From NCBI RefSeq assembly GCF_000017305.1, contig NC_009664.2:4170001-4202000 (forward strand): a stretch of 32,000 bases of DNA, written 5' to 3'. Under the pieces are notes generated by a model, which searched no databases, was not told the origin of the DNA, and saw nothing but the letters and a program-made list of their open reading frames with translations. Below are positions 6,814 to 14,903 of the stretch, in pieces (the stretch's first letter is position 1; each line of letters opens with the position of its first letter). The translations under genes were made by a program, and so were the position numbers. Source of the stretch: Kineococcus radiotolerans SRS30216 = ATCC BAA-149. Lineage in GTDB: Bacteria; Actinomycetota; Actinomycetes; Actinomycetales; Kineococcaceae.

Positions 6814-7590
6814 GTGCATCGCGTCCTGCTCCTGACCGTCCTGGTGGTGGCGGTCACCGCTTGCGGCTCCCCGGGCGAGCCGGCCGGGACCGCCGCCGCG
6901 GGTCCGTCCGAGCACGAGACCCCGGCGGTGAGCGCCGACTCGGCCCCGGACGGGGGTTTCCCGCCGGGATGCCCACCTCCGGACCCCGGCGCGGAGGGCG
7001 ATGCGTGGTTGTGCGTGGTGGAGACCACCCCGGACCCGCAGGCCGAGCGGGAGCGGCTGGCGGCCCTGGCCAAGCAGCGGGGAGGGTGGTCGGAGGAGGA
7101 CGCTCAGCGCGCCGACGCCGAACGGTTGCGGGAGGTGATGGCCGGGCACCCGGAGCTGACGGCCGAGGACGACGCCGCAGCGGCCTCGGGGGAGCTGCCG
7201 GCGGACCGGGGATCGTTGCTGATCCGCACCGACTTCACCCACCCCGCGCAGTGGGAGGCGTTGCTGACCGCTGTGCGGACGCCGAGCCCAGAGGGGTTCG
7301 TGCCCTACCTGAGCACCGTGGACCACCAGCGGTGGGCGGGTGCCTCCGTCGCCGACATCGCGGCGGCCGCCCCTCCGCACGTGCTGCTCGTCATCGCCGA
7401 CGCGACGGCGCTCTCCTCGCCGCAGATGCCGTTGCTGGTCCTGGAAGTCCGCGAGGAGGGGACCCGGGAACTGCGGGTGGCGCCGGGAGCCCTGGCGTCG
7501 GTGGAGAACAACCTGTCCATCGCGAACGTGGACTGGGAGGAGTTCGCCGGTGCCGCCGATCCCGACGGCGTCTTCCGCGGCTTCGACTGA
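6814..7590 (+). CDS. lipoprotein with DUF6924-like C-terminal domain
   Basis: GTG 6814 gives MHRVLLLTVLVVAVTACGSPG (signal peptide plus lipobox VTAC). The C-terminal 130 aa (LLIRTDFTHPAQWEALLTAV...LLVIADATALSSPQMPLLVLEV...SVENNLSIANVDWEEFA...DPDGVFRGF) matches my memory of DUF6924. Confidence 0.75.
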   Translation: MHRVLLLTVLVVAVTACGSPGEPAGTAAAGPSEHETPAVSADSAPDGGFPPGCPPPDPGAEGDAWLCVVETTPDPQAERERLAALAKQRGGWSEEDAQRADAERLREVMAGHPELTAEDDAAAASGELPADRGSLLIRTDFTHPAQWEALLTAVRTPSPEGFVPYLSTVDHQRWAGASVADIAAAAPPHVLLVIADATALSSPQMPLLVLEVREEGTRELRVAPGALASVENNLSIANVDWEEFAGAADPDGVFRGFD

Positions 7591-7651
7591 TCTGCTGAGG
7601 GGGCCGGAGATCCGTCCGGTGACCAGCGGGGTGTCCCGTCGCGGAGTTCCC

Positions 7652-8162
7652 TCAGTCGTCGAAGACGGACCAGCAGATCGCGTTGCGCCTGGCCTGGTCC
7701 TCGAGCACCAGCGCCCGGATCCGTTCCGGGAGCCGTGCGCGCTGCCAGTCCCGCTCCAGCCGTCCGGCGGTGGAACCGGCCGTGCCCGCTGCTCGGGCCG
7801 CCTTGATGGCGTAGGCGGCGGCGCCGAGGTCGTGCTCGGGCACGTGGGGGACGCACGCGGCCTGGCCGGCGGCGTAGGCGGCGTGACGGGCGGCTGACCG
7901 CAGGGGACGGGCGGGCCCCCATCGCGTGCCCGCCGCAAGCGCGGGCGTCCATCATCGCCAGGCTGCCGTCGGCCCAGGCGCGTGCCGCCTCGACGGCCTC
8001 GCGCGGGCGGGTGTCGGAGGGTCGTTCGTCCTCGAAGAGGTGCAGGACGTGTTCGGCGCAGTCGGCGGCCCACAGGGCGAGGAGCCGGTGGTCGTCGTCG
8101 GTGAGGGTTCCGCCGCGGCGGATCGTGACCAGTCGCGGGTCGCGGACCTTCGGGAGGATCAC
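7652..8162 (-). pseudogene. Imm-5-like putative immunity protein, interrupted by a +1 frameshift
   Basis: The N-terminal 84 aa (GTG 8162: MILPKVRDPRLVTIRRGGTLTDDDHRLLALWAADCAEHVLHLFEDERPSDTRPREAVEAARAW...GGHAMGA) sit in one frame. The rest (ARPLRSAARHAAYAAGQAACVPHVPEHDLGAAAYAIKAARAAG...ICWSVFDD, stop 7652) sits in another. The switch is at the GGGCCCCC run 7913-7920. The 511-nt span is 3n+1. Confidence 0.75.
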
Positions 8163-8318
8163 GGGACCAGGGTGCCAGCCGGGCGGGGAGCGGGGTGGGG
8201 GTCCGCCGGCGCCGGCCGCGGTCGTCGGCGGGATCCCGCCATCATCGACGACCGCGACCGCGGAACGATCGAGCGGCCCCGGTGGCGTGCGCGCGGTGGA
8301 CGGGGGCCGCGCCGTCCC

Positions 8319-9224
8319 TCAGCCCCGAGGGGGCGTCGTCTCCACCATGGACGCGAGGGTGTCCACGACCAGGAGCGCCGGGGGCCACTGCGCGATGGTC
8401 TTGCGGACCACCACGTAGATGGTCCGGGTCGGCGTGGGACGGACGACGGGGACGGAGCGGACGCCGTCCGGCAGCGTGTGCGCGGCCAGGGCGGGCAGGA
8501 CCGTGATGCCGAGCCCGGCGCCCACGAAGGCGGCGGACATGGCGTAGTCGTGGGCCTGCACGTGGAACGCCGGTGCGAACCCGGCCGCCGTGCAGGCCTC
8601 GAGGAGGTTGCCGCGGCACCACCCGGCCCGGGGTTCGCTGTCGATCCACCTGTCGGTGGCCAGTTCCGCGAGTTCGACCTCGCGACGGCCGGACAGGGGG
8701 TGGGTGGCCGGCAGGAGCACCCGGTACGGGTCCTCGGCGAGGCGGTGCACGTCGAAGCCGGCGCCTGCCCGGACCGGCGTGCCGGGCCCGACGACGAGCT
8801 GGACGTCGGGCCGCTCGGTGCCTTCGAGCGTGGAGTCCTCCAGCAGCTGGAGGTCGAGGTCCACCTCGGGATGGGCCTGGGTGAGCCGGCGGGCCACCTC
8901 CGGGAGCCAGGTCGACCCGACCGAGGAGATGTACGCCAGCGAGAGGTGGGCCGTGCGCTCGGCCCTCATGCTCGCGATGGCCGTCTCGGCCTCCCCGAGG
9001 CGGGCGAGGACCGCGTCGGCCTGGGCCGCGACGGCCAGTCCGACGGGGGTGGGCACCAGGCCGCGACCGGCTCGTTCCAGCAGGACGAGACCGGTCTCGC
9101 GCTGCAGGGCGGCGACGTGCTGGCTGATCGCGGACGGGGTGTACCCGAGGTTCGCCGCCGCGGCGGCGATCGAGCCGCTGGCGACGACGGAGCGGAACAC
9201 GCGCAGGCGGTGCACGTCGAGCAT
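8319..9224 (-). CDS. LysR-family transcriptional regulator
   Basis: ATG 9224: MLDVHRLRVFRSVVASGSIAAAAANLGYTPSAISQHVAALQRETGLVLLER (LysR wHTH), followed by a LysR substrate-binding domain. Divergent from the DMT transporter gene. Confidence 0.92.
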   Translation of the reverse strand: MLDVHRLRVFRSVVASGSIAAAAANLGYTPSAISQHVAALQRETGLVLLERAGRGLVPTPVGLAVAAQADAVLARLGEAETAIASMRAERTAHLSLAYISSVGSTWLPEVARRLTQAHPEVDLDLQLLEDSTLEGTERPDVQLVVGPGTPVRAGAGFDVHRLAEDPYRVLLPATHPLSGRREVELAELATDRWIDSEPRAGWCRGNLLEACTAAGFAPAFHVQAHDYAMSAAFVGAGLGITVLPALAAHTLPDGVRSVPVVRPTPTRTIYVVVRKTIAQWPPALLVVDTLASMVETTPPRG

Positions 9225-9227
9225 GCC

Positions 9228-9258
9228 CCGGACAGTACAGTCCGACTGCACGGTCCGG
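9228..9258. promoter_or_regulatory. candidate LysR operator half-sites
   Basis: CCGGAC (9228-9233), GTCCGA (9240-9245), GTCCGG (9253-9258). The first and third form a perfect inverted repeat; the first and second form CGGAC-N6-GTCCG. Located in the 82-bp LysR/DMT divergent intergenic region. Function is inferred only. Confidence 0.25.
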
Positions 9259-9306
9259 TAGGAATCGGTGCTGGTGCTGGACCGGTGCTGTTGCCATGAT
9301 CGACCC

Positions 9307-10296
9307 GTGACTCAGCCCGGTGCGATCGATGTGCCCGTGAACACCCCGGCCCGACGCGACCGTGCCCTCGTCGTGGGCGCCGCCTCGGTGACCGTGGTCC
9401 TGTGGGCGTCCGCGTTCGTGGGCATCCGCGCCGCGGCCGAGGACTTCGACCCCGGACCGTTGACGCTCGCGCGCGCTGTCGTGGGGTCCCTCGGCCTGGC
9501 GCTCCTGCACTCGGTGCTGCGCGCACGGGGAGCCCGTGCCGGCGGGGCGACTCCGCAGCGCGGGCGGCTGCGCGACGCACCGCGGAAGGTCCTGGTCGGC
9601 ATCGTCCTCTGGGGGGTGGCCTGGTTCGGGGTCTACAACATCGCGCTCAACGCCGCGGAGCACCACGTCGACGCGGGGACCGCGGCCCTGCTGGTCAACC
9701 TCGCCCCGATGGTCACCGCCGTGCTCGCCGGCCTCGTCCTCGGTGAGGGCTTCCCCCGACGACTCATCGCGGGCATGGCCGTCGCCTTCCTCGGCGTCGT
9801 CGTCGTCGCCGCCGCGACGTCGACCGGCCGGTACGACGCGGTCGGTGTCCTGCTCGGGATCGCGGCCGCGGTGATCTACGGGACGGCCGCGACCTTCCAG
9901 AAGCGGCTGCTGCAGCACGTGGACGCACCGACGATGACCCTGGTCGGGTGCCTCGCCGGGACCGTCGCGTGCCTGCCCTTCGCGCCCGAGCTGGTGAGGG
10001 CCGTCGCGGCCGCGCCCGCCTCGTCCGTGCTCAGCGTCGTCTACCTCGGGGTGTTCCCCACCGCAGTGGCCTTCACGACCTGGGGCTACGTGCTGTCCCG
10101 CACCAGCGCCGGTCGCACCGCGGCGACGACGTACGCCGTCCCCGCGGTCGTGGTCGTCCTCTCCTGGCTCGTGCTCCGCGAGACGCCGCCGGCTCTGGCC
10201 CTGCTCGGGGGCGCGCTGGCGCTGGCCGGCGTCGCCGTCGCCACGACGCGACGGTCCTCACCCGCCCGCCCGGCCCCGCACCTCGAGACGCGGTGA
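9307..10296 (+). CDS. DMT-superfamily (EamA-type) transporter
   Basis: About 10 hydrophobic helices in two EamA-like halves (VLWASAFVGIRAA...; LSRTSAGRTAATTYAVPAVVVVLSWLVLRE). The start is ambiguous: GTG 9307 or 9331, or the listed 9268. Confidence 0.85.
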   Translation: MTQPGAIDVPVNTPARRDRALVVGAASVTVVLWASAFVGIRAAAEDFDPGPLTLARAVVGSLGLALLHSVLRARGARAGGATPQRGRLRDAPRKVLVGIVLWGVAWFGVYNIALNAAEHHVDAGTAALLVNLAPMVTAVLAGLVLGEGFPRRLIAGMAVAFLGVVVVAAATSTGRYDAVGVLLGIAAAVIYGTAATFQKRLLQHVDAPTMTLVGCLAGTVACLPFAPELVRAVAAAPASSVLSVVYLGVFPTAVAFTTWGYVLSRTSAGRTAATTYAVPAVVVVLSWLVLRETPPALALLGGALALAGVAVATTRRSSPARPAPHLETR

Positions 10297-10533
10297 GGCG
10301 CGGACCGCTCTCGACGCCCTCCGCGTCGTGACACCCACCGGTGTCCCCGACGTTCACCACGATCCGCGTCTCGACGACCACCTCCTCCTGCGGCTCACTC
10401 CCGGGCGGGTGCAGCCGCTGCCGCACCAGGTTCCCGTCCCCCCACGGCTGCGGCGGGGGTCCCGCCTCCGGCGGCGACCGCGCTTCCCCGCGATCGAGCC
10501 CACCGCGCCCCGAGCGCGGCACGGCCGAGGTGT

Positions 10534-10566
10534 CCGGAGCGGGTCCTCGACGAGGACCCGCTCCGG
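10534..10566. terminator. perfect 33-bp palindrome, probable bidirectional terminator
   Basis: CCGGAGCGGGTCCTCG-A-CGAGGACCCGCTCCGG, 28 nt 3' of the RidA stop (10595), between convergent genes. Confidence 0.6.
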
Positions 10567-10594
10567 GCCGCGGGGCGACGTCGCTCGTCCGTGC

Positions 10595-11032
10595 TCAGTC
10601 GGTGACGGCGGTGGCCTCGACCTCCACGAGCACGTCGGGCTCGAACAGGTGGTCGACTCCGATCAGCGAGGACGGCGGCATCGGCTGGGGCAGGCCCAGT
10701 TCCTCGCCGACCTCCTGGACGCCGGCCATGAAGGCCTCGATCTTCTCCGGGCTCCAGTCGGTGACGTAGAAGGTCAACCGGACGACGTCGCCGAAACCGG
10801 CGCCGGCGGAGCGCAGGCCCGCGCCGGTGTTGCGCAGGGCGTGGGCGACCTGCCCCGCGAGGTCGCCCGGGGCCAGGGCCCGCCCCCGGGCGTCGCGGGA
10901 GATCTGGCCGGCGACGTGGACGTGGCGGGTGCCGGTGCCGATCGCGACGTGGGCGTAGGGGACGGGCTGCATGAGGCTCTCGGGGCTGGACAACTGCACG
11001 GTCACGGACGGCTCCCTGGGTTGGACGGGCAT
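10595..11032 (-). CDS. RidA/YjgF-family protein
   Basis: ATG 11032, 145 aa: ...PYAHVAIGTGTRHVHVAGQISRDARGRALAPGDLAGQVAHALRNTGAGLRSAGAGFGDVVRLTFYV...VEVEATAV, typical of the endoribonuclease L-PSP/RidA fold. The rest of the listed 466-aa ORF is junk. Confidence 0.85.
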   Translation of the reverse strand: MPVQPREPSVTVQLSSPESLMQPVPYAHVAIGTGTRHVHVAGQISRDARGRALAPGDLAGQVAHALRNTGAGLRSAGAGFGDVVRLTFYVTDWSPEKIEAFMAGVQEVGEELGLPQPMPPSSLIGVDHLFEPDVLVEVEATAVTD

Positions 11033-11171
11033 CGGGTGGGGCGGGCGTCGAGCGGGCCGGGTGTCGGGTCCGGTTCGACGACCGGGCTGAGGGGCCCGGT
11101 CCGCCGACTCCTCCCGCTGGTGTCTCATTGCTACCTGGTATCTGTCGGGAACTTCAACGAGACTAGGTGTC

Positions 11172-11552
11172 GTGCCGGATACCACCCACCCCCGTTCCCG
11201 TCCCCGCTCCGAGGTCCTCGAGATCGCCGCCCCGCACCGGGAGCTGCTCGACCAGGTCCTGGACAAGTGGTCGCTGCAGGTGATGGAGCAGCTGTGCGAA
11301 CGGCCCTCGAGGTTCAGCGAACTCCGACGCGCGATCCCGGCGGTGACGGGGAAGTCGCTGACCGCGACCCTGCGCCGACTGGAGCGCAACGGTGTCGTGG
11401 AGCGCACGGTCGTGACCTCGCGGCCGGTGGCGGTGGAGTACCGCATCACCGCGCTGGGCAAGACCCTGCGCGAGCCGGTCGATGCGCTGCTGCGCTGGAC
11501 CACCGTGCACCTGCCGCAGGTGGAGGCGGCCCGGGCCCGCTTCGAGGAGTGA
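11172..11552 (+). CDS. HxlR-family winged-helix transcriptional regulator
   Basis: DKWSLQVMEQLCERPSRFSELRRAIPAVTGKSLTATLRRLERNGVVERTVVTSRPVAVEYRITALG is a classic HxlR signature. Divergent from the RidA gene. Confidence 0.92.
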   Translation: MPDTTHPRSRPRSEVLEIAAPHRELLDQVLDKWSLQVMEQLCERPSRFSELRRAIPAVTGKSLTATLRRLERNGVVERTVVTSRPVAVEYRITALGKTLREPVDALLRWTTVHLPQVEAARARFEE

Positions 11553-11744
11553 GTCCGCTCGCGCGGCCTCGTCCGTTCCAGCGGCCAGCCGGCCCCGATC
11601 ACCCGTGCGCCGAGCAGGACCGCGACGTCGCCGGCCGCTGACGTCCGGCCCGGATCGCGGGGTGACCGCGAACCCGGGTCCGTCGTCGAGCCCCGCCCTC
11701 CACCCCAGGGATGAGGGACCGTGAGCCGATGATCCGCCCACGCG

Positions 11745-12506
11745 GTGATGCCCCGGCCACCTCCGTCGCGGCACCCTCGGGTCATGAGCCGACCCGCCGC
11801 CCCGCCGACCTCGCCGCGCACCCCGTGGGCCGGGCTCGGTCGGCGCACCGAGCGGAGCGGTGAACCGGACGGTGGTCCGGGCGGCCTGGGGGCGGCGCCG
11901 GTGCTCGGGGCGGCGGTGCTGATCGGTGTGGGCTGGGGGGCGGCGACGTCCGGCTTGCAGACGGTGCTGCCCTGGCCCTTCGCCGGGTTGGCCAACGCCG
12001 TGGGCCCCTGGGTCGCTCCCGCGTTCCTGGTCGGGGCCTGGAGCAGGCGGCCCTGGGCCGCGGTGCTGGCGGGTGTCCTGGTGTGCTTCGGGGAGGTCGC
12101 CGGCTACTACGCCGTGTCCGCGGCGCGCGGCTTCGGCGTCAACCCCGCCACGGTCGTGATGTGGACCGCGACCGGTGTCCTCGGTGGGCCGGTCCTGGGG
12201 ATGGCCGGGTGGTGCTGGCGGCGGGCACGTCCGTTGCGCGTGGCCGCGCTGGGGGCGGCGCTGCTCGGTGGGGTCTTCCTCGCGGAGGGTGTGGTCACCT
12301 ACGGCGTCTACCTGCGCTACACGGGCGACGCCGTCGTCTTCTGCGTCCTCGGCGCCGTCCTCGTGGCGGTGCTCGGCGCCACCGCGTCTGCGGCGCGGGC
12401 GAGCGGTGCGCGTGCCCGGGGCGTCGGTGCGGCCGCGGCGTGGCTGCTGCTGGTGCTGCCGCTGGGTGCGGCCGGCGAAGTGCTGTTGCACCTCGTCGTG
12501 ACCTGA
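11745..12506 (+). CDS. multi-pass membrane protein (DUF6518-like)
   Basis: Six or so hydrophobic helices. LQTVLPWPFAGLANAVGPWVAPAFLVGAW resembles my memory of DUF6518. Start uncertain (GTG 11745, ATG 11748 or ATG 11784); the N-terminus is Pro/Arg-rich. Confidence 0.6.
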   Translation: MMPRPPPSRHPRVMSRPAAPPTSPRTPWAGLGRRTERSGEPDGGPGGLGAAPVLGAAVLIGVGWGAATSGLQTVLPWPFAGLANAVGPWVAPAFLVGAWSRRPWAAVLAGVLVCFGEVAGYYAVSAARGFGVNPATVVMWTATGVLGGPVLGMAGWCWRRARPLRVAALGAALLGGVFLAEGVVTYGVYLRYTGDAVVFCVLGAVLVAVLGATASAARASGARARGVGAAAAWLLLVLPLGAAGEVLLHLVVT

Positions 12507-12652
12507 ACCGGGCTGCGGCCGGCGTTGCTCCGGGTACCCGGTGGGGTGCGGCGCCGCCCCGGCGGCGAGGTCGACCCGGAGGTCGATGCCCGCCGGGCGC
12601 TACCGGCGGGGAACGCCCACGACGTGGACGTCGCCCCGCTCGTGGTCCGGCT

Positions 12653-13717
12653 TCAGGGCCGGGGCGCGCGGGCCCGCGCGAGGCGCACCCAGGAGGCCAC
12701 CGCCGCCCCGCACAGGAGGAGGGCGACGACGGTCCGCCACCACCCTCCCGTCTCGCCGTCGATCAGTGACCGCGCGAGGTTCGTCAGGGCGAGGACCCCG
12801 AACAGCGTGGCGGCCGCCGCTCGCCAGGCCGCCCGGCGCCGGCGCGGTGCGTCGTCCCCGTCGGTGAGGACGACGGCGTACGCCTGCGGCGTCCCGAACT
12901 CCACCTGCGGGTGCTCGGTGCCGCCGGCCCGCCAGAACGCCCGGGCCTCGTCGACCTCCCGGCGGGTTCTCGCCGGGGCCATGAGGTGCCGTCCGCGCAG
13001 CAGGTGCTCGAGCCGGGTGAACCACTTGTCGGGGGTGGTGTCGTCAGGAACTCCCGCAGTTCCCGCGGCCGCTCGTCGCCTCCGCAGGAGGACCCCCGCC
13101 GCGACGATCGCGACGCAGGCGAGCAGGGGCGCCGACATGGGCACGTCGACGCGCGCCGGGTCGTCACGCAGCGCCCACGCCGCCCCGAGACCCGCGACCG
13201 CCACCGCGGCCGTTCCCACCCACGCGGAACGGCTGCTGCGCAGGCGCCCCGCGCCGCGTCGGCGCAGCGCCTCACCGCCCAGGAGGAACGTGGCGAGGAC
13301 GGCGGCGAGGAGCGCGGCGTGGGCGTAGCCGTGTTCCGCCGTCCACCCCTCGCGGGCGGTGGTGCCGATCGAGATGGCCAGCCCCACGACGCCGAGGCGC
13401 AGGACGACGGCGGAGGCGTCGAAACCCTCGGGCAGGCCGTCCCGGTCGTAGCGGGCCCGCAGTTCGGGGTCGAGGGACTCCTGCGGCCGCTGCCGCACGT
13501 ACTCCGAGGGTGTTCCGAACACCTCGGTGGCGGGCCGGCCGGAGTCCCGGCACGCCGCGCGGGCCTGTTCCAGGACGGCGTCGGCCAGCACCTGCGGGAC
13601 GTCGTCGCGCAGCAGGCCGGCGCGCACCCGGCGGGCCCAGTCCTCGTCGCCGGCGGTGGGCCGGTCCTGGTCGGGTCCCGTCACGGACCGGTCGTCCTCG
13701 CTCAGGTCGGCGTTCAT
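12653..13717 (-). CDS. PadR-associated membrane protein with two HAAS/DUF1700-like modules
   Basis: ATG 13717 overlaps the PadR stop (ATGA at 13714-13717). 354 aa. Module 1 (EDWARRVRAGLLRDDVPQVLADAVLEQARAACRDSGRPATEVFGTPSEYV) is followed by 4 TM helices. Module 2 (DKWFTRLEHLLRGRHLMAPARTRREVDEARAFWRAGGTEHPQVEFGTPQAYA) is followed by 2 TM helices. Confidence 0.7.
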   Translation of the reverse strand: MNADLSEDDRSVTGPDQDRPTAGDEDWARRVRAGLLRDDVPQVLADAVLEQARAACRDSGRPATEVFGTPSEYVRQRPQESLDPELRARYDRDGLPEGFDASAVVLRLGVVGLAISIGTTAREGWTAEHGYAHAALLAAVLATFLLGGEALRRRGAGRLRSSRSAWVGTAAVAVAGLGAAWALRDDPARVDVPMSAPLLACVAIVAAGVLLRRRRAAAGTAGVPDDTTPDKWFTRLEHLLRGRHLMAPARTRREVDEARAFWRAGGTEHPQVEFGTPQAYAVVLTDGDDAPRRRRAAWRAAAATLFGVLALTNLARSLIDGETGGWWRTVVALLLCGAAVASWVRLARARAPRP

Positions 13718-14079
13718 CTCTCCCCCTCGTCGACGGTCACGGGTGTCTCCAGCCGCACGCCGAGGACTCCGGCGACGGCGGCGGCGAAGGCGGGCCACCC
13801 GTCGCGGACCTGCTGCGTGCGTTCCCGGCCGGAGGCGGTGAGGCGGAAGACCTTCCGGCCCGGGCCCGCGGTCCCCTCCTGCCAGGTCGAGGTCAGCAGC
13901 CCGTCCTGCTCCAGCTTGTTCAGGACGGGGTAGAGGGCGCCGCCGCGCACGGCTCCGATGCCGGCGGCCTGCAGCCGCTGGGCGATCGCGTACCCGTGGG
14001 TCTCGCCGTCGGCGAGGACGGCCAGCGCGCAGGTCGCCAGGACCCCCCGCTGCCACTCGCCCGAACGAACCCCGTCCAC
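13714..14079 (-). CDS. PadR-family transcriptional regulator
   Basis: LAVLADGETHGYAIAQRLQAAGIGAVRGGALYPVLNKLEQDGLLTSTWQEG...GRKVFRLTASG is the canonical PadR wHTH. GTG start 14079. Confidence 0.92.
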   Translation of the reverse strand: MDGVRSGEWQRGVLATCALAVLADGETHGYAIAQRLQAAGIGAVRGGALYPVLNKLEQDGLLTSTWQEGTAGPGRKVFRLTASGRERTQQVRDGWPAFAAAVAGVLGVRLETPVTVDEGER

Positions 14080-14106
14080 GGGACCACTGTGGGCGTGGCT
14101 GGCCTG

Positions 14107-14139
14107 GAAGTCAACTAGTCCGACTTCAGACTAGGAAGT
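14107..14139. promoter_or_regulatory. candidate PadR operator (nested dyads in an AT-richer island)
   Basis: The sequence is GAAGTCAACTAGTCCGACTTCAGACTAGGAAGT. It contains CTAGTC(14115-14120)-N8-GACTAG(14129-14134), interleaved with GAAGTC(14107-14112)/GACTTC(14122-14127)/GGAAGT(14134-14139). It lies 28-60 bp upstream of the PadR start. Confidence 0.4.
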
Positions 14140-14266
14140 GGGTGCGCGGCCGTCTCGGAACCGCGACGTCGCCGGCCTCGACGCCCCGCCCGGATCGCGG
14201 TTCAGCCGTCGGTTCGCGGTGCCGCGGACCCCGGGGGCCCGGTGGCGCGGGCCGGACACCCCGGCC

Positions 14267-14458
14267 TCACAGCGGGTACCGGACCGCCACGTCGCGGTTG
14301 GGGTCCGTCCCCTCCGTCGGGTCCGGGGACGGCGGGAAGGGGGCCCGGCTCTCGGTCGTGTCCGCGATGCGGATCGGCGCAGGCAGGGTGCGGTACCGCG
14401 CTCTGGGGTCGGGGCTGGCCCCGGCGTTCGGCGGGGCCCCCGGGTCGTGCTCGCTCAT
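14267..14458 (-). CDS. small Pro/Asp-rich hypothetical protein (63 aa)
   Basis: Very high G/C3. ATG 14458 has GAGGGG 9 nt upstream (ATG 14467 is an alternative start). MSEHDPGAPPNAGASPDPRARYRTLPAPIRIADTTESRAPFPPSPDPTEGTDPNRDVAVRYPL. Family not recognised with certainty. Confidence 0.55.
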   Translation of the reverse strand: MSEHDPGAPPNAGASPDPRARYRTLPAPIRIADTTESRAPFPPSPDPTEGTDPNRDVAVRYPL

Positions 14459-14780
14459 GGTGCTCATCCCCTCGACCGTGGCGGTGACCGTCTTCCCAGC
14501 AGTCTGCTCGCGCTCAGGGAGGTGGGGCGAGGGGTTGGCGTGACCGGTGGCCCGCGAGGCCCGCGGCGGTGTGCGTGATCACCGGTACCAGTGCGGGTCA
14601 CCGGCGCCTGCCAGGACCTCGACGTGGCCGCGACGTCGTGGCCGCCCGCGAGCACGCGCTGCCCCCATGACGAGCGCTCGCCTCCTGGCGTGCGGCCCCC
14701 GGGGTGGGCGGGGTGGGTTTCGGGCAGTCGCGGTGAACCCCGGTCAGCGCGCGGAGCCGGTGATCGGCCGTCGGTGCAGA

Positions 14781-14804
14781 CCCACCACCCCACCACCCCA
14801 CCAC
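14781..14804. repeat. (CCCACCAC)x3 perfect tandem octamer
   Basis: Read directly: cccaccac cccaccac cccaccac, inside the gene-free gap 14468-14903. Confidence 0.9.
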
Positions 14805-14903
14805 CAGCAGCGCGCTCGCCCCGGCGAGGACGCCGGCTCTCGCGCTCTGGAGGTCACGCAGCCCGGAGCCCGACGCGGCGGCCTCGCGCTCGCCGCCGTC
14901 GGG

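Noticed and set aside
6493-8073. 526-aa minus-strand ORF, and similar giants: 8242..9918 (-), 20645..22357 (-), 21642..23087 (-), 22690..23955 (-), 25421..27028 (-), 30163..31785 (-), 23157..25247 (+), 28144..30108 (+), 16455..17687 (+)
   Set aside because: They are Arg/Pro/Gly-rich low-complexity translations. They lie antisense or off-frame to genes with clear family motifs. Stop-codon scarcity in high-GC DNA produces such ORFs routinely.
14598-14804. 68-aa minus ORF with a hydrophobic stretch upstream (…AGVLAGASALLVVGWWGG…), a possible small membrane protein
   Set aside because: There is no start codon upstream of the hydrophobic part. The remainder is Arg/Pro junk, and the ORF spans the octamer repeat.
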